A stretch of DNA of 64,000 bases from an uncultured Acidobacteriota bacterium (GTDB lineage Bacteria; Acidobacteriota; Vicinamibacteria; Vicinamibacterales; UBA2999), in assembly GCA_963773045.1 (NCBI GenBank), contig CAVYZT010000013.1:207137-271136 (forward strand), in the 5' to 3' direction. Of this stretch, positions 1 to 8,969 are shown piece after piece. Position 1 is the first letter of the stretch. Each line of letters begins with the position of its first letter. The notes below the pieces were generated by a model, which was not told the origin of the DNA, did not search any database, and saw nothing but the letters and a program-made list of their open reading frames with translations. A program made the position numbers and the translations under genes.

Positions 1-91
1 AGCCGCGGCTCGTCGAGGGCGTATTTCGCCCCAGGGCTGCGACAATTCACCGCAGATCGCCGCCTGATGAGCCAACCGACAATCGGAGGCA

Positions 92-778
92 ATGGAGATG
101 ACGATGCTGAAGAGAACCATCTGTGTCGCGGCGGCGCTGGCAGCCTGCGCCAGTCTCGCCGGTGCCGTTCGCGCGCAACAGCCTGGCGCGCAGCCAGCGA
201 AGCCGGATCACATGCAGCACCGCTTCGACGATCCGGCCAAGTTGTCGAAGTCGTTCGACGACCCGGCGAGGGACGCATGGCAGATGCCGGCCAAGGTCAT
301 CGAAGCGCTCGGCCTCAAAGCCGGTGTCACGGTCGCCGACATCGGTGCCGGCACCGGCTACTTCAGCATGCGGCTCGCCAAGGCGTCGCCGGAGCTGACT
401 GTCTTCGCGGTCGACATCGAGCCGGCGATGGTGGACCACTTGAAGAAGCGGGCGACATCGGAGCATCTCAACAATGTCGTGCCAGTGTTGGCGGGCGCCG
501 CGAGCCCCAATCTCCCCAAGCCCGTCGACCTCGTGCTCATCGTCGACACGTACCATCACTTGCCGAGCCGCGTGTCCTACTTCCGCGACCTGCGGAAGTC
601 GCTCACGCTCACCGGGCGAGTCGCCATCATCGATTTTCGAAAGAGTTCGCCCGAAGGACCGCCCGTCGGCTTTCGATTCACGCCACAGCAGATCGAAGAC
701 GAGATGCGGCAGGCCGGATTCCGCCTCGACGCGACGCACGACTTTCTGCCGAGGCAGCATTTCCTCGTGTTCCGCTGA
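92..778 (+). CDS. Class I SAM-dependent methyltransferase with N-terminal signal peptide
   Basis: 228-aa ORF. Hydrophobic leader ICVAAALAACASLAGAVRA. SAM-binding motif I VADIGAGTGYF followed by FAVDIE. Confidence 0.8.
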   Translation: MEMTMLKRTICVAAALAACASLAGAVRAQQPGAQPAKPDHMQHRFDDPAKLSKSFDDPARDAWQMPAKVIEALGLKAGVTVADIGAGTGYFSMRLAKASPELTVFAVDIEPAMVDHLKKRATSEHLNNVVPVLAGAASPNLPKPVDLVLIVDTYHHLPSRVSYFRDLRKSLTLTGRVAIIDFRKSSPEGPPVGFRFTPQQIEDEMRQAGFRLDATHDFLPRQHFLVFR

Positions 779-945
779 GCAGGGCTTCGCGTCCACCAAT
801 GCGTGCGATCGCTGATGCGGGCTCAGTTCTCAGTCGCGTCGACGTATCGCAGTCCGCTGCCGAAGGCGGCGTATTGGGGAATTCGTCATCGGATTCTCAA
901 ACGTCAAGGAGCAAGCCAGACCGCCGTCCAGCCTCTGTCAGCGGC

Positions 946-1788
946 TCAGTCCTGCCACCGGCTGACGATCGCAGCGGCGACCACGGCGAGCGCGAGCAGG
1001 GCGACCGAGACCGGTCCGGGCGGCAAGTCCAGGTAGAACGCAACAACGAGACCACCGCAGGCCGCCCCGACGCCAATAGCCGCGGAGACGAGAAAGGTCG
1101 AGCGGATCCGGCGCGTGACCAGAAGGGACGCCATGGCCGGCAGGGTGAGCAGGGAAAACGTCAACAGGGCGCCGATTTCCTGCACCGCCGCCGCCGCGGC
1201 TGCGCCAATCGAAAGATTCAGGCAGATCGACCACACACGGGTGTTCACGCCTGCCACCTGTGCCGCCTCTGCGTCAAAGGTGATCAAAAGGAAGCGGGGC
1301 CCGAACACGACGTGCACGGCCACGATCGCCACCGCAAGAATGCCAAGGGCTGCCGCGTGACTCGAACTGACGGCGAGGATATTGCCGAACAGCAGATGGA
1401 GCGTATCCGCGTCGGGCGCTGCCGCAGCGGCCAGAATGAGGATGGTGGCAGATGCTGCCGCGGCGTACGCCCACGCGGTGATCGACTCGCCAGAGATCAG
1501 CCGGGACGAGCGAAGAACGCCCAGGCCAAATGCAGTCAGAAGGGCAGCGACGATCGCGGTGATCTCCGGGGACCACTCGAAGACCTCGGCGACGGCTGCG
1601 CCCACTGTGGCGGCATTGGCCAATACCAGTCCGAGAAAGACCATCCGGCGAACGATCAGATAGACGCCGATGACGCTGAGCGAAACGCCTGCGGCAATCG
1701 ATGCCGCGAGCGCCACGCGCATGAACGTGACTTCAAACACCGGGCGTGTCCCGGCGGACCACGAGTATGCGTTGCCCACCGACGCCAC
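946..1788 (-). CDS. Metal (Zn/Mn-type) ABC transporter permease, ABC-3 family. Start codon uncertain.
   Basis: 280-aa polytopic hydrophobic ORF directly downstream of the ATPase. ZnuB/MntB-like N-terminus (FMRVALAASIAAGV...LIVRRMVFLG). It overlaps the ATPase by 56 nt if the first start is used. Confidence 0.75.
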   Translation of the reverse strand: MASVGNAYSWSAGTRPVFEVTFMRVALAASIAAGVSLSVIGVYLIVRRMVFLGLVLANAATVGAAVAEVFEWSPEITAIVAALLTAFGLGVLRSSRLISGESITAWAYAAAASATILILAAAAAPDADTLHLLFGNILAVSSSHAAALGILAVAIVAVHVVFGPRFLLITFDAEAAQVAGVNTRVWSICLNLSIGAAAAAAVQEIGALLTFSLLTLPAMASLLVTRRIRSTFLVSAAIGVGAACGGLVVAFYLDLPPGPVSVALLALAVVAAAIVSRWQD

Positions 1789-2503
1789 CCAGCTCGATCG
1801 GCGCCCCGTACAGTGCGGTCAATCGATCCGCCTCGAGCACGTCATCGACTGGCCCGTACAGGATCTCGCCAGGGCCCATCAGCATGATCGACGTGGCGAA
1901 GTTGAGCGCGAGTGAGAGCAGATGCGTGACGATGAGGATCGTCACGCCGCGGGTGCGATTCAGGTCCCGGAGCAGCGCGATGATGGACGCTTCGCCGGCG
2001 ATGTCCATCCCGGCAGTCGGTTCGTCGAGGACGAGGACATCCGGCTCAGCCGAGAGCGCCCGGGCCAGCAGCACACGCTGCTGCTGGCCGCCCGAGAGGT
2101 TTCGGAACAGCTGTGGACCGAGCGAGCCGACAGCCGCGTGATCCAATGCGCTCTGAGCGGCGGCGCGATCCGATACCTGCGAGCGCAGGAACACGCCGGC
2201 TCTCGCCGTGCGCCCCATCTCCACGACTTCGAGCGCGGTGATGGGGAGCATGGTTTCCAACCGATCGCGCTGCGGCATGTAGCTGATGACCAATCCGCGA
2301 TCGCGCTCGACACTGCCCTCGAGCGGCGGAATCAGTTCGAGAATCGACCGCAACAACGTCGTCTTACCGCAGCCGTTGGGCCCGACGATGCCGAGGATGT
2401 CTCCCCGGTGGATCTCGAACGACAGATCCTGAACGACGACGCGATGACGATAGCCGAGGGTCAGATGGTCCCCGCGGACGATCGGTCGCGTCTTCGCATC
2501 CAC
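1733..2503 (-). CDS. Metal ABC transporter ATP-binding protein (ZnuC-like)
   Basis: Walker A GPNGCGKTT, ABC signature LSGGQQQR, Walker B VLVLDEP. Confidence 0.9.
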   Translation of the reverse strand: MDAKTRPIVRGDHLTLGYRHRVVVQDLSFEIHRGDILGIVGPNGCGKTTLLRSILELIPPLEGSVERDRGLVISYMPQRDRLETMLPITALEVVEMGRTARAGVFLRSQVSDRAAAQSALDHAAVGSLGPQLFRNLSGGQQQRVLLARALSAEPDVLVLDEPTAGMDIAGEASIIALLRDLNRTRGVTILIVTHLLSLALNFATSIMLMGPGEILYGPVDDVLEADRLTALYGAPIELGGVGGQRILVVRRDTPGV

Positions 2504-2589
2504 TCGGCGGCATTTTACACGACGTTCCTCATGCCGATTCCTCAGTGCCGCGCTGCGCCGCTGTCCTTCACCCGTAGCACCGATCGAGG

Positions 2590-2655
2590 GCCGGACTCTG
2601 CCTCGACGCGACGCGAGACTCTCTGCCGAGACACCATTTCCTCGTCGTCCGCCAG
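2590..2655 (+). pseudogene. Relic copy of the 3' end of the methyltransferase gene (duplicate of about 715-780)
   Basis: About 62 nt align by eye at roughly 80% identity with 715-780. The translation AGLCLDATRDSLPRHHFLVVR matches AGFRLDATHDFLPRQHFLVFR. An in-frame stop lies at 2575-2577 upstream. Confidence 0.5.
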
Positions 2656-2899
2656 TCAGCTTCCTTGGGGAAGCGGAATAGCCCCAGCAGTGTCGGCAGC
2701 GCGCGGTGCACCGGCGCTGGGTACGGAACGTCGACGCCCTTGATGCTGTGCCAGAGGATGCGGTTCAGCGGGTCCTCGTCGATGCGGTCGTACTCGCGGA
2801 AGTCCATGGCAGCTGACGCGGTTGCCCCGTATCCGCGCCGGATTCTTCGTCATCAGATCGGTTCTCGCCGGTACGGCTGGGAAGCGCCGACCTCTGGAT

Positions 2900-3078
2900 T
2901 TGCGACGGCGCGGCTGTTCGGCTCTTATTCGTTTAACAAGGCCGGCGTGCTGAACACGATCACCGCTCGGCTCGACAACGCGACCGATCGCTTGTATCGC
3001 AACCACCTGAACTACTTGAAGGACGTGCTGCCCGAAATCGGCAGGACCTTCAAGGTCGTTTACTCAATCGGCTTCTGA
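2900..3078 (+). pseudogene. C-terminal remnant of a TonB-dependent receptor
   Basis: The ORF tail ...ARLDNATDRLYRNHLNYLKDVLPEIGRTFKVVYSIGF ends in the aromatic residue typical of TBDR last beta-strands. No plug or barrel sequence lies upstream. Confidence 0.55.
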
Positions 3079-3215
3079 TCGGCTTTCAGCGCAACTTGCA
3101 GCTCTCGGCGAAGAATCCTCGCTGAGAGCCGCTCGCTGACGGACGCTCGTCGCGCACGGACGACACGCGTGCGCCAATCGTTCTCAGGCGCCGGCCCCCT
3201 TGCGCTTGACTGGTG

Positions 3216-4187
3216 TCATGCGACCTGACTCCAATACCGCGACACGATCTCGGGCAGCATTCGCAGCCACGACGGCCTGATGGAACGATCGATCTCATCC
3301 ATCGTGGCGAACGCCCGGCCGGTCTTGTAGGCGGCAAAGCGTTCAGGCAGGGTGAACGACTGGAAGACGTCGTTCTTGCTCCTCCCGGATTTCATCCCTT
3401 CTCGCACGTGCTCGAGAACGAGGGCGTTCAGGTCGCGGAAGTCGAGCAGGTCCTGCCAGGTCGACATGGGGCCATGACCGGTGATGACGTGCTCGATATC
3501 GGTGAGCGAGGCCACGCGATCGAGCACCTGCGAAAACGTGACGCCGTTGCCGCCCCCATCGATGTTGATAATCGGGAAGCCCTTTCCCGAGAACACGTCG
3601 CCGGCATGCATCACGCCCGCGTCGCGGAAGACCACGAACAGGTCGCCGGAGGTGTGCGCCGGTCCAAAGTAGTGCACGTCGATTTCATCGGCGCCGCTGA
3701 AGAGCGTCAGCATGTCCCCGCACGACCGGATGTGCTGTGACCCGAACGATGATCGCAAGCCTGGCCGCTGCGCCAGACTGGTCGCGAGAGGTTCCTGCAT
3801 ACTGATGATCTCGACGTTTGGGTCCAGCCGCGCGTTGCCGCCACGATGGTCGGCGTGCCGGTGCGTGTTGATGACGTGGGTAATCGGCTTGTCGGTCACG
3901 GTCCGAATCTGATCGAGCATGGCCTGATACCGGTCTTCGTACTTCGTATCGACGAGGACAACGCCCGTCGAGGTGACGAACACGGCCGTGTTTCCGCCGC
4001 CACCTGGCACCACGTACAGATTGCGGGCAATGCTGTAGATCGGACCGACAGGGCCATGTGGAGCAGGCAAGGGTCGCGGGCTTCGAACGCTTCGCGTCGC
4101 CGACCAGGAGCTTGCGCCGGCGACGAGAGCGATACCAATGACGAGACACGTCGCCTGGAACAGCCAACGCTTCATGAATTTCTCCAA
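3216..4187 (-). CDS. Secreted MBL-fold metallo-hydrolase
   Basis: Signal peptide. HxHxDH motif in INTHRHADHRGG, with later H and D ligands (HTSGD, ITGHG). Confidence 0.85.
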   Translation of the reverse strand: MEKFMKRWLFQATCLVIGIALVAGASSWSATRSVRSPRPLPAPHGPVGPIYSIARNLYVVPGGGGNTAVFVTSTGVVLVDTKYEDRYQAMLDQIRTVTDKPITHVINTHRHADHRGGNARLDPNVEIISMQEPLATSLAQRPGLRSSFGSQHIRSCGDMLTLFSGADEIDVHYFGPAHTSGDLFVVFRDAGVMHAGDVFSGKGFPIINIDGGGNGVTFSQVLDRVASLTDIEHVITGHGPMSTWQDLLDFRDLNALVLEHVREGMKSGRSKNDVFQSFTLPERFAAYKTGRAFATMDEIDRSIRPSWLRMLPEIVSRYWSQVA

Positions 4188-4334
4188 GGACGTTGTGACG
4201 GCTTTGCCGAGGATGTGCCATCGCTCACGAACTCTTCGCGTGAGCGGCGAGTACTCCGCGCTCGGCAGGGCGGACGAGAACCTTCAACCGTACACTGAAC
4301 CCGGCAAAAGTCCTATTGATTGCAGTCATACGAA

Positions 4335-4419
4335 CAGGTTCAGCAGGTTCAGCAGGTTCAGCAGGTTCAGCAGGTTCAGCAGGTTCTGCGGGTTCTACAG
4401 GTTCTACAGGTTCCACGGG
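4335..4419. repeat. Tandem nonamer array (CAGGTTCAG)n, 5 perfect units then degenerate units
   Basis: Read directly. The same array with the same GAAC left flank recurs at 54440-54492. Confidence 0.9.
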
Positions 4420-4457
4420 CACTGCTGTTGCAATGCAGCAGCGTTGGGGGTCGTGCC

Positions 4458-4610
4458 GTGATCCGCAAGCTTCAATCTGGCCAATATCGCCTCTACTCCC
4501 GGAAGGTCGACGCGCGGACCGGACGCCGGCGGAACCTTGGGACCTTCAAGAGCCGCGCAGCGGCAGAGCGTCACGAACGGGCCGTTCAGTTCTTCAAGCG
4601 ACGGGGCTGA
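4458..4610 (+). CDS. Small conserved basic protein (about 50 aa), function unknown
   Basis: VIRKLQSGQYRLYSRKVDARTGRRRNLGTFKSRAAAERHERAVQFFKRRG resembles a small protein family I recall from soil bacteria. GTG start at 4458 chosen after a G-rich SD-like run. The longer TTG-4320 ORF reads through the nonamer array. Confidence 0.45.
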   Translation: MIRKLQSGQYRLYSRKVDARTGRRRNLGTFKSRAAAERHERAVQFFKRRG

Positions 4611-4769
4611 GTCCGCATCTCGTCGTTGCCATTGCTGCGTCTGTGAACGGCCTTACCGCAACTTGGAGCGGCGCTGGCCATTCCAGCCGCTTCAAGCCCG
4701 TCCCAGGGTCCTCGCCCGGCGGCGACGAATTTGCAATCAACAGCCGAGAAGCCAGAGGAGGCCAGACCA

Positions 4770-5213
4770 ATGACCGTACGCGACATCATGACCGAGGACC
4801 CGGTGTGCTGCAGCCCGTCAACGCCGCTGCCCGAAGTAGCGAGACTCATGGTCGACTGCAACTGCGGTGAGATTCCCGTGACCGATGCAGACGGCATCCT
4901 GGTCGGCGTGATCACCGATCGCGACATCACGTGCCGCGCGGTGGCGAAGGACAAGAATCCGCTGACGCTGACTGCGAGTGACTGCATGTCGTCTCCAGTG
5001 GTGACGGTCACACCGACCACGAGCCTCGAGGAGTGCTGCGAATCGATGGAGGTCAACCAGGTTCGACGCCTCCCGGTAATCGATAGTCGAGGAAGCTGCT
5101 GCGGCATCGTCGCGCAAGCCGACATTGCGCGCCGCGCGCCGATCGATCAGGCTGCTCACGTCGTCAAGGACGTGTCCAGGCCGAGCGACACGCCATCCGC
5201 CGTCGGAGCGTAG
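4770..5213 (+). CDS. CBS-pair domain protein
   Basis: ATG 4770 preceded by GGAGG. MTVRDIMTEDPV... and a second CBS repeat (VRRLPVIDSRG..GIVAQADI). Confidence 0.8.
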   Translation: MTVRDIMTEDPVCCSPSTPLPEVARLMVDCNCGEIPVTDADGILVGVITDRDITCRAVAKDKNPLTLTASDCMSSPVVTVTPTTSLEECCESMEVNQVRRLPVIDSRGSCCGIVAQADIARRAPIDQAAHVVKDVSRPSDTPSAVGA

Positions 5214-5230
5214 CCGGCCAATCGAGACGT

Positions 5231-6328
5231 CTACGCCGCCGGCAGCGTGAAGGTGAAGACCGCGCCGCCCTCTTGGCGGTTGCGCGCGGAAATCTCTCCT
5301 CCGTGCGCCGCGACGAGATTGCGCGCGATCGCAAGCCCGAGCCCGGAGCCCTGCGAGTCGGCGCCTTTGGCGAAGCGATCGAAGACCCTTGGCAGTTCTT
5401 CGGGAGGAATTCCCGAGCCGGTGTCCTCTACGTCGATGCGAAGTTGATTTGCCTCGGCAATCGCACCGATAGCAATCTTTCCGCCCGCCGGCGTGTGACG
5501 GAGCGCGTTGGTGACGAGGTTCGTCAGGACCTCGCGTATTCGGAAGGGATCGACATCCACCAGCGGCAGGTCGCTGTTCTGTGATGCCGTCAAATCCACG
5601 TCGCGGGTGCGCGCCGCGATGGCAAACGACCGCGCCACTTCGTGAATGAGCACGCCGATGTCAGTGGATTCGCGTTGCAGCCGCAGCGTGCCGCCTTCCG
5701 CGTGGGCGAGGGTCCGCAAGTCCTCGACCAGACGCTCGAGCAGCACCGTCTCTTCGATGAGCTGCTCGAGCGCGGCGTCGTCCCGCGTGTAGACGCCGTC
5801 GCGCAATCCCTCGAGCCGGCCGCGAATGACCGACAGCGGTGTGCGGAGTTCGTGGGCCACGTCGGCCATCAGATGACGTCGCAGCTGCTCCTGCGCTTCG
5901 AGCCGGGCAGTCATGGCATTGAACGCGCGAGCGACCTTCTGCAGAAAGGGCGGTCCACGCTCGACGAGCTTCGCCGAGTAGTCCCCCCGGCCAACTCGAT
6001 CCGCGGCGCCGACGATGTCCCCCAGCGGGAAGCCGACGCGCCGCATGCCGCCGAAGAAGATCGCCGGGAAGACGATCAAAACGAACATGACCACGCCGAA
6101 GGCAATGACCTGACGTGGCACGTCGATCCCAAGCCGTGCGGCAAGCGCCGACAGCAGTCCCGCCAAACCGAAGCTGCCAAACATCAGCAGGAAGATGAAC
6201 AGCCCGCCCATGCGGAACAGGAACGCGCGACGGGCCCAGTGGCCGTGCCGGCCACCTCCGTCCGGCGGCCAGGGCTCGTTGTCCGGCCACCATGGAGGAC
6301 GGCGATCGTGAGTCCAGCCTTCCCTCAT
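5231..6328 (-). CDS. Sensor histidine kinase (TM-HAMP-HisKA-HATPase_c, BaeS/CpxA-like)
   Basis: H-box HELRTPLSVIRG. G-boxes DTGSGIP and GSGLGLAI. 4-nt overlap with the upstream response regulator. Confidence 0.9.
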   Translation of the reverse strand: MREGWTHDRRPPWWPDNEPWPPDGGGRHGHWARRAFLFRMGGLFIFLLMFGSFGLAGLLSALAARLGIDVPRQVIAFGVVMFVLIVFPAIFFGGMRRVGFPLGDIVGAADRVGRGDYSAKLVERGPPFLQKVARAFNAMTARLEAQEQLRRHLMADVAHELRTPLSVIRGRLEGLRDGVYTRDDAALEQLIEETVLLERLVEDLRTLAHAEGGTLRLQRESTDIGVLIHEVARSFAIAARTRDVDLTASQNSDLPLVDVDPFRIREVLTNLVTNALRHTPAGGKIAIGAIAEANQLRIDVEDTGSGIPPEELPRVFDRFAKGADSQGSGLGLAIARNLVAAHGGEISARNRQEGGAVFTFTLPAA

Positions 6329-7005
6329 GATTCGGCCGATCGGTAGCCGATCCCGTACACCGTCTCGATGTAGCGCGGTCGGCGCGGGTCGGGCTCGATC
6401 TTGCGGCGGATGTTCTTGATGTGCGTATCGATCGCGCGCTCGAACGATTCCACTTCCGTCCCGCGGACCGCGTCCAGCAGTTGCGCGCGGCTGAAGACCC
6501 GCCCGGGCTGGCGGGCCAGGGTCGCCAGCAGCTGGAATTCGGTCGCGGTGAGATCGATGGCATGTCCGTCGCGAGAGGCTTTCAGACGAGGCACGTCGAG
6601 CGTGACATCGCCGAGACGAACGACATCGCCCGAGTTGGCGGCGACACGCGCCCGCCGGAGGACGGCCTGCACGCGGGCCACGAGCTCACGCGGGCTGAAC
6701 GGCTTGGTGATGTAGTCGTCCGCGCCCAGCTCCAGGCCGCGGAGTCGATCGTCTTCGTCGACTCGTGCCGTCAGCATGATGATCGGCACGGTCGATTCCG
6801 CCCGCAGCGTCCTCGTGACCTGGATTCCGTCCAGCTTGGGAAGGCCGAGGTCGAGGACGATCAGGTCGGGACGGCGATCGCGGGTCAGCGCGATCGCGCT
6901 CTCGCCGTCGGCCGCGCTGAGCACGGCAAAGCCGGCCCGCTTCAGGTAGTCGACGGCGATTTGCGCAATCTGCAGTTCGTCTTCGACGACCAGGATGGTT
7001 TTCAC
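6325..7005 (-). CDS. OmpR-family response regulator
   Basis: REC (ILVVEDE...DLIVLDLGLP) plus winged-helix tail (ETVYGIGYR). GTG 7005 chosen because the upstream part of the ORF runs into an AT-rich repeat. Confidence 0.9.
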   Translation of the reverse strand: MKTILVVEDELQIAQIAVDYLKRAGFAVLSAADGESAIALTRDRRPDLIVLDLGLPKLDGIQVTRTLRAESTVPIIMLTARVDEDDRLRGLELGADDYITKPFSPRELVARVQAVLRRARVAANSGDVVRLGDVTLDVPRLKASRDGHAIDLTATEFQLLATLARQPGRVFSRAQLLDAVRGTEVESFERAIDTHIKNIRRKIEPDPRRPRYIETVYGIGYRSAES

Positions 7006-7014
7006 GACGCAGGA

Positions 7015-7176
7015 TAGTTCAAAGTTGAAAAGTCCAAAGTTGAAAGTTTCAGTTTGGAGTTCAGTGAGAAGAATGTGAAGTTCCAAGTTCAGCAGCCGCG
7101 CGATGACTTTGAACTTGAAACTTCAACTGAACTGCAGACTTCAACTTAGAACTTTCAACTCTTGAACTTTCAACTT
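7015..7176. repeat. AT-rich imperfect inverted array of GTTGAAAGT/AGTTCAG words (two roughly 70-bp arms around CCGCGCGATGAC)
   Basis: Read directly. The reverse complement of the right arm re-uses the left-arm words in the same order. Confidence 0.8.
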
Positions 7177-7523
7177 TTTTCTGACGTCGTCCCCTTCATC
7201 CGTTCGTGCGCCTGCCGGTGCCATTCCTCGAACCGGTCGCGGACATGTGACGGCGGTCCGTAATAGGACCAGTGGCCCCACGGCCTCCACCAGAAGCCCC
7301 TGATGACCATCACCCAGAAGAAGATGAACAGCAGCGGAAAGAGGAATCCGAATCCCCACGGCCGATGCCACCCATAAGGGTACGGCGGCAGGCTGCCTGC
7401 CGACGCGCCGACCTGCGCCAGGCCCTGGGAGAGGCCCACGTTGTAGGCCACGCCGGCGGCAATGGCGACGGCCACTGCGGCCACCGCTGCGACGAACCAT
7501 CCGTTCCATCGATTCCCGTTCAT
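7170..7523 (-). CDS. Small Trp/Gly/Pro-rich membrane protein, first gene of the RR-HK operon
   Basis: ATG 7523 preceded by GGAGGG. One TM helix, then PYPYGWHRPWGFGFLFPLLFIFFW..FEEWHRQAHERM. Confidence 0.55.
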   Translation of the reverse strand: MNGNRWNGWFVAAVAAVAVAIAAGVAYNVGLSQGLAQVGASAGSLPPYPYGWHRPWGFGFLFPLLFIFFWVMVIRGFWWRPWGHWSYYGPPSHVRDRFEEWHRQAHERMKGTTSEKS

Positions 7524-7827
7524 GGTGTTTCCCTCCAAGAGTCGGGGCTGTCCACCTTCGCTGAAGCTACGGTGGACAAGTCCGCCTCCGCCCCGACTTC
7601 GCTCGAAGAGCTTCGTCGAGGTCTCGCCGGAGCGCTCTGCGCGACGGCGGACAAGGCTACGGTGCGACCGGAGCCTGGAGCAGAAGTGGATATCCGTCTC
7701 TGAAGACACTGTCCCGCGGGAATGTGGAGGAAATATGAGCCTTGTGACCTCTCCGCAAAAATTGATTGCGGCGCCGCCGATTCGGCTGGGAATCCCCGTC
7801 CTGTGACTCGCAGCCGAAGGGCCGCGC

Positions 7828-8874
7828 TCAGGGCTCGTCGTGCGGGACGATTTCGACCGTGGCTTGGGGCACGGCGCCGAGCAGCTGCTCGAGCGTCGAC
7901 CCGTGCCAGAGCAGTTCCAGGCGGGAACGGGCGCCCTGCCCGAGGATGACGCGGGTGATCTTCTCGCGTCGGGCAAAGGCGATCAGCCCGTCCGACGCTC
8001 GGTCGGCCTCGACGGGAACGACCATGGCGCCGAGACTCCTGGCGAGCTCGACATTTCCCTGCAAGATGCCGGCGTCGCCCGAGGAGCCATGATCCGCTTT
8101 CCCGTGGAGTGTCTCCACATGCGCGGCATACCAAGTCGACCCCAGCCTGTCGGCTAGCGCCGCAGCCGCGCGAATCGCTCGAGCTGCGCTCGCGGTCGCG
8201 CTCATCCACACCATGACGCGCTCCGGCGCCGGATGCGGCTGAATCCCGTGGCGCCAGTGAGTGCCGACCCGTTCTGCCGGCATCGGCCGCGGGCCTGCGG
8301 CCGAACGCCTCTCTAACTCTTCGGCAGCAATGTCGACCTGCATCACGTCATCGGCCCGGTCGAGAAAGGCTTCTGGAATCGTCTCCGTGGCGCGCACGCC
8401 GGTCTCCCGGGCGATGGCGTCCTTCAGCGACTCGATATGCTCGATGTTCACGGCCGTGATCACGTGAATCCCGGCGTCGAGAATGTCGATCACGTCCTCG
8501 TAGCGGCGCTCGCGGCGATGATCCGGCACAGCAGTGGACGCCAGCTCGTCGACGATGCAGGTGCGAGGCTTTCGCCGGACGATAGCATCGACGTCCGGCT
8601 CCTCGACCGACACGCCGCCGTAGTGGCTCGTGCGGGACGGGATGACCTCCAGGCCTTTGAGCGCCAGGTCCTGGTCGAGACGGGCGGACGGCGCGAGATA
8701 GCCGATCACGACGTCGACGCCATCGGCAGCGAGCGCTTGCGCTTCGTTGAGCATGTGACGGGTTCTGCCCAAATGCGCCCCGGCACCGATGTAAATGCGC
8801 AGTCTCGCGCGATCGCGCTCCTTGACCTGGGCCAGCAGCTCGTCGGCAGCGGAATGAACGTGCGGTGTGGACAT
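7828..8874 (-). CDS. Stand-alone KdpD N-terminal sensor domain plus Usp-like domain protein (paralogue 1, Walker A Lys replaced by Arg)
   Basis: LRIYIGAGAHLGRTRHML...VVIGY...VDELA...RRYEDVIDILDAGIHVITAVNIEHIESL matches the KdpD N-terminal pattern. The ORF ends after the Usp-like part. Confidence 0.8.
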   Translation of the reverse strand: MSTPHVHSAADELLAQVKERDRARLRIYIGAGAHLGRTRHMLNEAQALAADGVDVVIGYLAPSARLDQDLALKGLEVIPSRTSHYGGVSVEEPDVDAIVRRKPRTCIVDELASTAVPDHRRERRYEDVIDILDAGIHVITAVNIEHIESLKDAIARETGVRATETIPEAFLDRADDVMQVDIAAEELERRSAAGPRPMPAERVGTHWRHGIQPHPAPERVMVWMSATASAARAIRAAAALADRLGSTWYAAHVETLHGKADHGSSGDAGILQGNVELARSLGAMVVPVEADRASDGLIAFARREKITRVILGQGARSRLELLWHGSTLEQLLGAVPQATVEIVPHDEP

Positions 8875-8969
8875 TTGTCATCACTCCCAGCGGTGGTCAA
8901 CCACCAAGCAATCGGTTGCCGTTTAACCGTCAAAGATACGGATCTCTGAGAAATCAGTAAAGTGATCGC

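Noticed and set aside
2568-2807. 79-aa minus-strand ORF (MDFREYDRIDEDPLNRILWHSIKGVDVPYPAPV..) as a gene
   Set aside because: The first 40 residues or so look protein-like, but the rest overlaps the relic methyltransferase end and is low-complexity. It has no RBS and no recognisable family. I treat it as part of the scar region rather than as a supported feature.
4320-4457. Gln/Val-rich N-terminal extension (QVQQVQQVQQ..) of the small basic protein from a TTG start
   Set aside because: The extension is merely the nonamer array read in frame. The conserved part begins at VIRKL, where a GTG with a G-rich upstream run exists.
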